Source: Microbotryum violaceum (taxonomy: Eukaryota). Taken from it: 64,000 nt of DNA. The stretch's first letter is position 1; each line of letters begins with the position of its first letter. The notes under the pieces are model-generated. The model did no database searches. It saw only the letters and a program-made list of their open reading frames with translations, and was not told the origin of the DNA. Positions 63,601 through 64,000 of the stretch are shown piece by piece. The translations under genes and the position numbers were made by a program. Location of the stretch: NCBI GenBank assembly GCA_001244265.2, contig CDLV01000012.1, forward strand, positions 682,001 to 746,000. The letters run 5' to 3'.

Positions 63601-64000
63601 CTGGCTTCAGCCCCATCTCGACTTCAAACCTGACACCGTTCTCGACCTTTCCTTCCACTTCGGGTCTTCAATCCCCTTCTTCACCGCTGACCTCGCAGCC
63701 CACCGGCTTCGGAGGCTCCACGATGCGCGCCTTCCAACCCACTTCGACCTTTGGCAACGACCTCGCTAAAGAATTTAGCGGGGCCTCATCGGCACCTTTC
63801 CAATCCCAATCGCAAACCGGGAATGGTTCCTCCAACTTCTCGACGTCGAACCAGAACCAGAATCAATTCGGAACGAACTCGACCGGTCGTGCCTCCTCTT
63901 TCGCCACCTCGAACTCTTCATCTTCTGCAATGGCCCCGATCCAAACCCAATCGACGGGATTTAACCCCTTCAGGGGGTCGACACTACCGCCACTTAACTC
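60628..64000 (+). CDS. ANTH-domain clathrin adaptor (AP180/Yap1801-like), runs off the window
   Basis: MNKTVALATKPKRAAPKAK|YIDPI, VAFKALLVLHQMMR, GLLRETR, LLVKDLL, NEGVINVLEHYFEMS; C-terminal QMTG repeats and NPF motifs. Confidence 0.93.

Overview
Intron-rich, GC-rich fungal DNA, inferred to be a basidiomycete yeast (Microbotryomycetes/Rhodotorula-like, from short GT[GCA][AC]GT...CTGAC...YAG introns and gene content). Ordinary spliced genes fill most of the window: TBC RabGAP 3' end, NIPA Mg transporter, DPH2, hemerythrin, RPL39, FMC1/ATP11, a beta-helix/B-lectin protein, OMA1-like peptidase, eIF2-beta, a mitochondrial carrier, alkaline phosphatase, a secreted Cys-rich protein, a 2OG-Fe(II) oxygenase, ERCC1/RAD10, CDK11, SGF73 and an ANTH protein. 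Two accessory islands stand out. (1) About 0.55-11.7 kb is free of host genes and holds co-oriented, 5'-truncated L1/Tx1-like LINEs, some fused directly onto the previous element's poly(A) tail. The block is bracketed by degenerate inverted repeats and is a candidate regional centromere or LINE landing pad. (2) About 24.9-31.4 kb holds two hAT-like MITEs, FunK1 kinase relics and a 176-bp inverted duplication of a zinc-cluster-like pseudogene. There are also a multi-stop MFS pseudogene and a frameshifted HNH nuclease. All calls are by eye from motifs; no database searches were run and some gene ends are approximate.
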